A stretch of 64,000 bases of DNA from Frankiaceae bacterium (lineage in GTDB: Bacteria > Actinomycetota > Actinomycetes > JADGOV01): positions 2,685 through 66,684 of the forward strand of contig JADGOV010000002.1 of assembly GCA_017882785.1 (NCBI GenBank). Reading direction: 5' to 3'. Shown here in pieces: positions 61,401 to 64,000 of the stretch. Position numbers and translations under genes: made by a program. The notes beneath the pieces are model-generated. The model worked only from the letters and a program-made list of their open reading frames with translations. It ran no database searches and was not told where the DNA came from. Position 1 is the stretch's first letter; the number at the start of each line of letters is the position of its first letter.

Positions 61401-64000
61401 GTGTCCGCGTCGAAGGCCAGCGCCGTAGCAGACGGCGACCAGCGGCGACTCGTCATCGTCGAGTCACCGGCGAAGGCGCGCACGATCGCCGGCTACCTCG
61501 GCCGCGGCTACGTCGTCGAGTCGAGCATCGGTCACATCCGCGACCTGCCGAACGGCGCCGCCGAGATCCCGGCGGCGCAGAAGAAGGAGCCCTGGGCCAG
61601 GCTCGGCATCGACGTCGACCACGGCTTCGCGCCCCTCTACATCGTGCCGCCGGCCAAGAAGGCGCAGGTGGCCAAGCTCAAAGCGGCGCTGAAGGACGCC
61701 GATGAGCTGTACCTGGCGACGGATGAGGACCGGGAAGGCGAGGCGATCGCCTGGCACCTGCTGAAGGTGCTCAAACCCAGAGTCCCGGTGCGGCGGATGG
61801 TGTTCCACGAGATCACCCCGCAGGCCATCCGGGAGGCCATCGCCAGCCCGCGGGACATCGATGACAACCTCGTCGACGCACAGGAGACCCGACGCCTGCT
61901 CGACCGGCTCTACGGCTACGAAGTGTCACCGGTCCTGTGGAAGAAGGTCATGCCGCGGCTGTCCGCGGGTCGCGTGCAATCCGTGGCCACCCGGATCCTG
62001 GTGGAGCGGGAGCGTGACCGGATGCGCTTCGTGGCTGCGTCCTACTGGGATGTGGCCGGCACCTTTGGCACCGGTCGACCCGGGGATGCCACCAACCCGC
62101 CGCGGTTCGACGCCACACTGGTCAGCATCGACGGTCGCCGCCTGGCGACCGGCCGGGACTTCGCCGAGGACGGCTCGCTGAAGAGCGTGACCGTTCGGCA
62201 CCTCGTCGAGGCCGACGCGCGGGCTCTTGTCCAGCGGCTGGACGGAGCCTCCTTTCGCGTCGCCGGAGTGGAGGAGAAGCCCTACCGGCGGTCGCCGTAC
62301 GCGCCGTTCATCACCAGCACGCTGCAGCAGGAGGCCAGCCGCAAGCTGCGGTTCTCCAGCCAGCACGCCATGCGGGTGGCCCAGCGCCTCTATGAACGCG
62401 GCTACATCACTTACATGCGCACCGACTCGACCACGCTGTCCGAGACCGCCCTGCGCGCAGCCCGTGAGCAGGCCCAACAGCTCTACGGCCCGGATTACGT
62501 CCCGGAGCATCCGCGCCGCTACGAGCGGAAGGTGAAGAACGCCCAAGAGGCGCACGAGGCGATCCGTCCCTCCGGTGATGTCTTCCGCACCCCCGGGCAG
62601 GTGGCCGCGGAACTCGACACCGACGAGCGTCGGCTGTACGAACTGATCTGGCAACGCACGGTCGCCTCGCAGATGGCCGACGCCCGCGGGCAGTCGGTAC
62701 GGGTGGAGATCGGTGCCACCAGCACTGACCGCGAGGACGTGGTCTTCGCTGCCACTGGCAAGACGATCACCTTCCCGGGCTTCCTGCGTGCCTACGTGGA
62801 GGGCCGCGACGACCCGGAGGCGGACCTGGAGGACCGCGAGCGACGGCTACCCGTGGTCACTGCGGGCGACCCGCTCTCTGCGGAGCGGCTGGAGCCGCAG
62901 GGCCACCGCACCACCCCGCCCCCGCGTTTCACCGAGGCGACGCTCATCAAGCGGCTGGAGGAGCTGGGCGTCGGCCGGCCCTCCACGTACGCCTCGATCC
63001 TGTCAACCATCCAGGATCGCGGGTACGTGCTCAAGCGCGGTGGCGCGCTGGTGCCGTCCTTCGTCGCCTTCGCCGTCGTGGCACTACTTGAGCAGCACTT
63101 CGGCCGGCTGGTCGACTACGCCTTCACCGCGTCCATGGAGGACGACCTCGACGCCATCGCCGATGGGGACCGGCAGTCCACGGAGTGGCTGACCCGGTTT
63201 TACTTCGGCAGCGACCAGGGCCGGGAGGGTGGCGTCGCGAAGGCCGGCGGACTGAAGAAGATGGTCGCCGAACGGCTCGGCGACATCGACGCTCGTGAGA
63301 TCAACTCGATCTCCATCGGCGGCAACGAGGCCGGGGAGATCGTAGTCCGGGTTGGCCGGTACGGCCCGTACGTCCAGCGTGGGGAGGAGAAGGCGAGCGT
63401 CCCGGAGGACCTGGCGCCCGATGAGCTGACCGTGGCAAAGGCGGAGGAGCTGCTCAATGCCCCCAGTGGGGAGCGGGTGCTGGGCACGCATCCCGACACC
63501 GGGGAGCAGATCGCGGCGAAGGCCGGCCGGTTCGGCCCCTACGTCACGACGGTGCCCGTCGGCAAGGAGGGCAGCAACGAGATCGTCAAGGACAAGCCGC
63601 GGACGGCGTCACTGTTCGCCTCGATGGCACTGGACACGGTCACCCTCGACGATGCGGTCCAGCTGCTGACCTTGCCGCGCGGGCTCGGCGCCGCGCCGGA
63701 CGGGGAGGAGGTGACGGCCCAGAACGGCCGGTACGGGCCGTACGTCAGGAAGGGCAGTGACTCGCGGTCGCTGGAGGGCGAAGAGCAGCTGCTCACAGTC
63801 ACCCTCGATGACGCGTTGGCACTTTTCGCCCAGCCGAAGCAGCGTCGAGGCGCCCGGGCGGCGGCCGCGCCGCCACTGAAGGAGCTGGGTCCAGACCCGA
63901 TCAGCGGGACGCCGATGGTGGTCAAGGAGGGCCGCTTCGGCCCGTACGTCACCGACGGCGTGACCAACGCGAGCCTGCACAAGGGCGACAGCATCGAGGA
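61401..64000 (+). CDS. topA: DNA topoisomerase I, 5' partial (runs off the window); absent from ORF track
   Basis: GTG 61401 after a purine-rich RBS. My own translation shows LVIVESPAKARTIAGYLG (TOPRIM), DEDREGEAIAWH, the GYITYMRTDS active-site Tyr, and four GR(Y/F)GPYV C-terminal repeats. The frame is open to position 64000. Confidence 0.9.
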   Translation, partial: MSASKASAVADGDQRRLVIVESPAKARTIAGYLGRGYVVESSIGHIRDLPNGAAEIPAAQKKEPWARLGIDVDHGFAPLYIVPPAKKAQVAKLKAALKDADELYLATDEDREGEAIAWHLLKVLKPRVPVRRMVFHEITPQAIREAIASPRDIDDNLVDAQETRRLLDRLYGYEVSPVLWKKVMPRLSAGRVQSVATRILVERERDRMRFVAASYWDVAGTFGTGRPGDATNPPRFDATLVSIDGRRLATGRDFAEDGSLKSVTVRHLVEADARALVQRLDGASFRVAGVEEKPYRRSPYAPFITSTLQQEASRKLRFSSQHAMRVAQRLYERGYITYMRTDSTTLSETALRAAREQAQQLYGPDYVPEHPRRYERKVKNAQEAHEAIRPSGDVFRTPGQVAAELDTDERRLYELIWQRTVASQMADARGQSVRVEIGATSTDREDVVFAATGKTITFPGFLRAYVEGRDDPEADLEDRERRLPVVTAGDPLSAERLEPQGHRTTPPPRFTEATLIKRLEELGVGRPSTYASILSTIQDRGYVLKRGGALVPSFVAFAVVALLEQHFGRLVDYAFTASMEDDLDAIADGDRQSTEWLTRFYFGSDQGREGGVAKAGGLKKMVAERLGDIDAREINSISIGGNEAGEIVVRVGRYGPYVQRGEEKASVPEDLAPDELTVAKAEELLNAPSGERVLGTHPDTGEQIAAKAGRFGPYVTTVPVGKEGSNEIVKDKPRTASLFASMALDTVTLDDAVQLLTLPRGLGAAPDGEEVTAQNGRYGPYVRKGSDSRSLEGEEQLLTVTLDDALALFAQPKQRRGARAAAAPPLKELGPDPISGTPMVVKEGRFGPYVTDGVTNASLHKGDSIE

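Overview
This is a very GC-rich, almost fully coding chromosomal segment of an Actinomycetota genome, with strong G/C at codon position 3 by eye and about 60 genes. I recognised no rRNA, tRNA, CRISPR array, transposase, integrase or prophage block. From about 25 kb to the right edge, the gene order matches the conserved actinobacterial backbone I recall from M. tuberculosis Rv3682 (ponA2) to Rv3646c (topA) and S. coelicolor SCO3580 to SCO3543. In order, that backbone is: class A PBP with PASTA, WhiB4/WblA-type WhiB, two ArsA/Get3-like ATPases, SPFH, DUF4177, RidA, NUDIX, MBL hydrolase, Crp, Nth, TlpA-like redoxin, NUDIX, MarP protease, EphE-like hydrolase, holin-like protein, 6C sRNA, Ssd plus Tad-like pilus/secretion genes, DECH helicase, BldG-type STAS antagonist plus anti-sigma kinase, H+-PPase and TopA. 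The left 25 kb is more variable: VOC proteins, a cNMP-patatin, an ECF sigma factor with an odd flavoprotein, a LAL regulator, oxidoreductases, MFS, MarR and GT-C membrane proteins. Three genes are real but absent from the ORF track: topA (61401 to the window end), a 52-aa DUF4177 ORF (31454-31612) and a 5' partial CDS (2-151). The candidates most worth a second look are these. (1) An RsiG-like protein carrying two copies of the c-di-GMP-binding ExxxSxxRxxxQxxxD-type motif sits in the same strand block as crp. Crp converges, 7 bp apart, on a NUDIX-MBL-adenylate cyclase/STAND chain joined by GTGA overlaps. (2) The 6C sRNA, with three C-rich hairpin loops and its own promoter, lies just upstream of the Ssd/Tad-like/DECH-helicase neighbourhood, whose function is still unknown. 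(3) A class A PBP is abutted stop-to-start with an uncharacterised polytopic protein bearing an alkaline-phosphatase-like ectodomain, next to two GT-C-like glycosyltransferases. (4) Several short phased or tandem direct-repeat arrays occur in intergenic regions (47008, 53128, 57030). All family assignments come from motif reading by eye, not from database searches.
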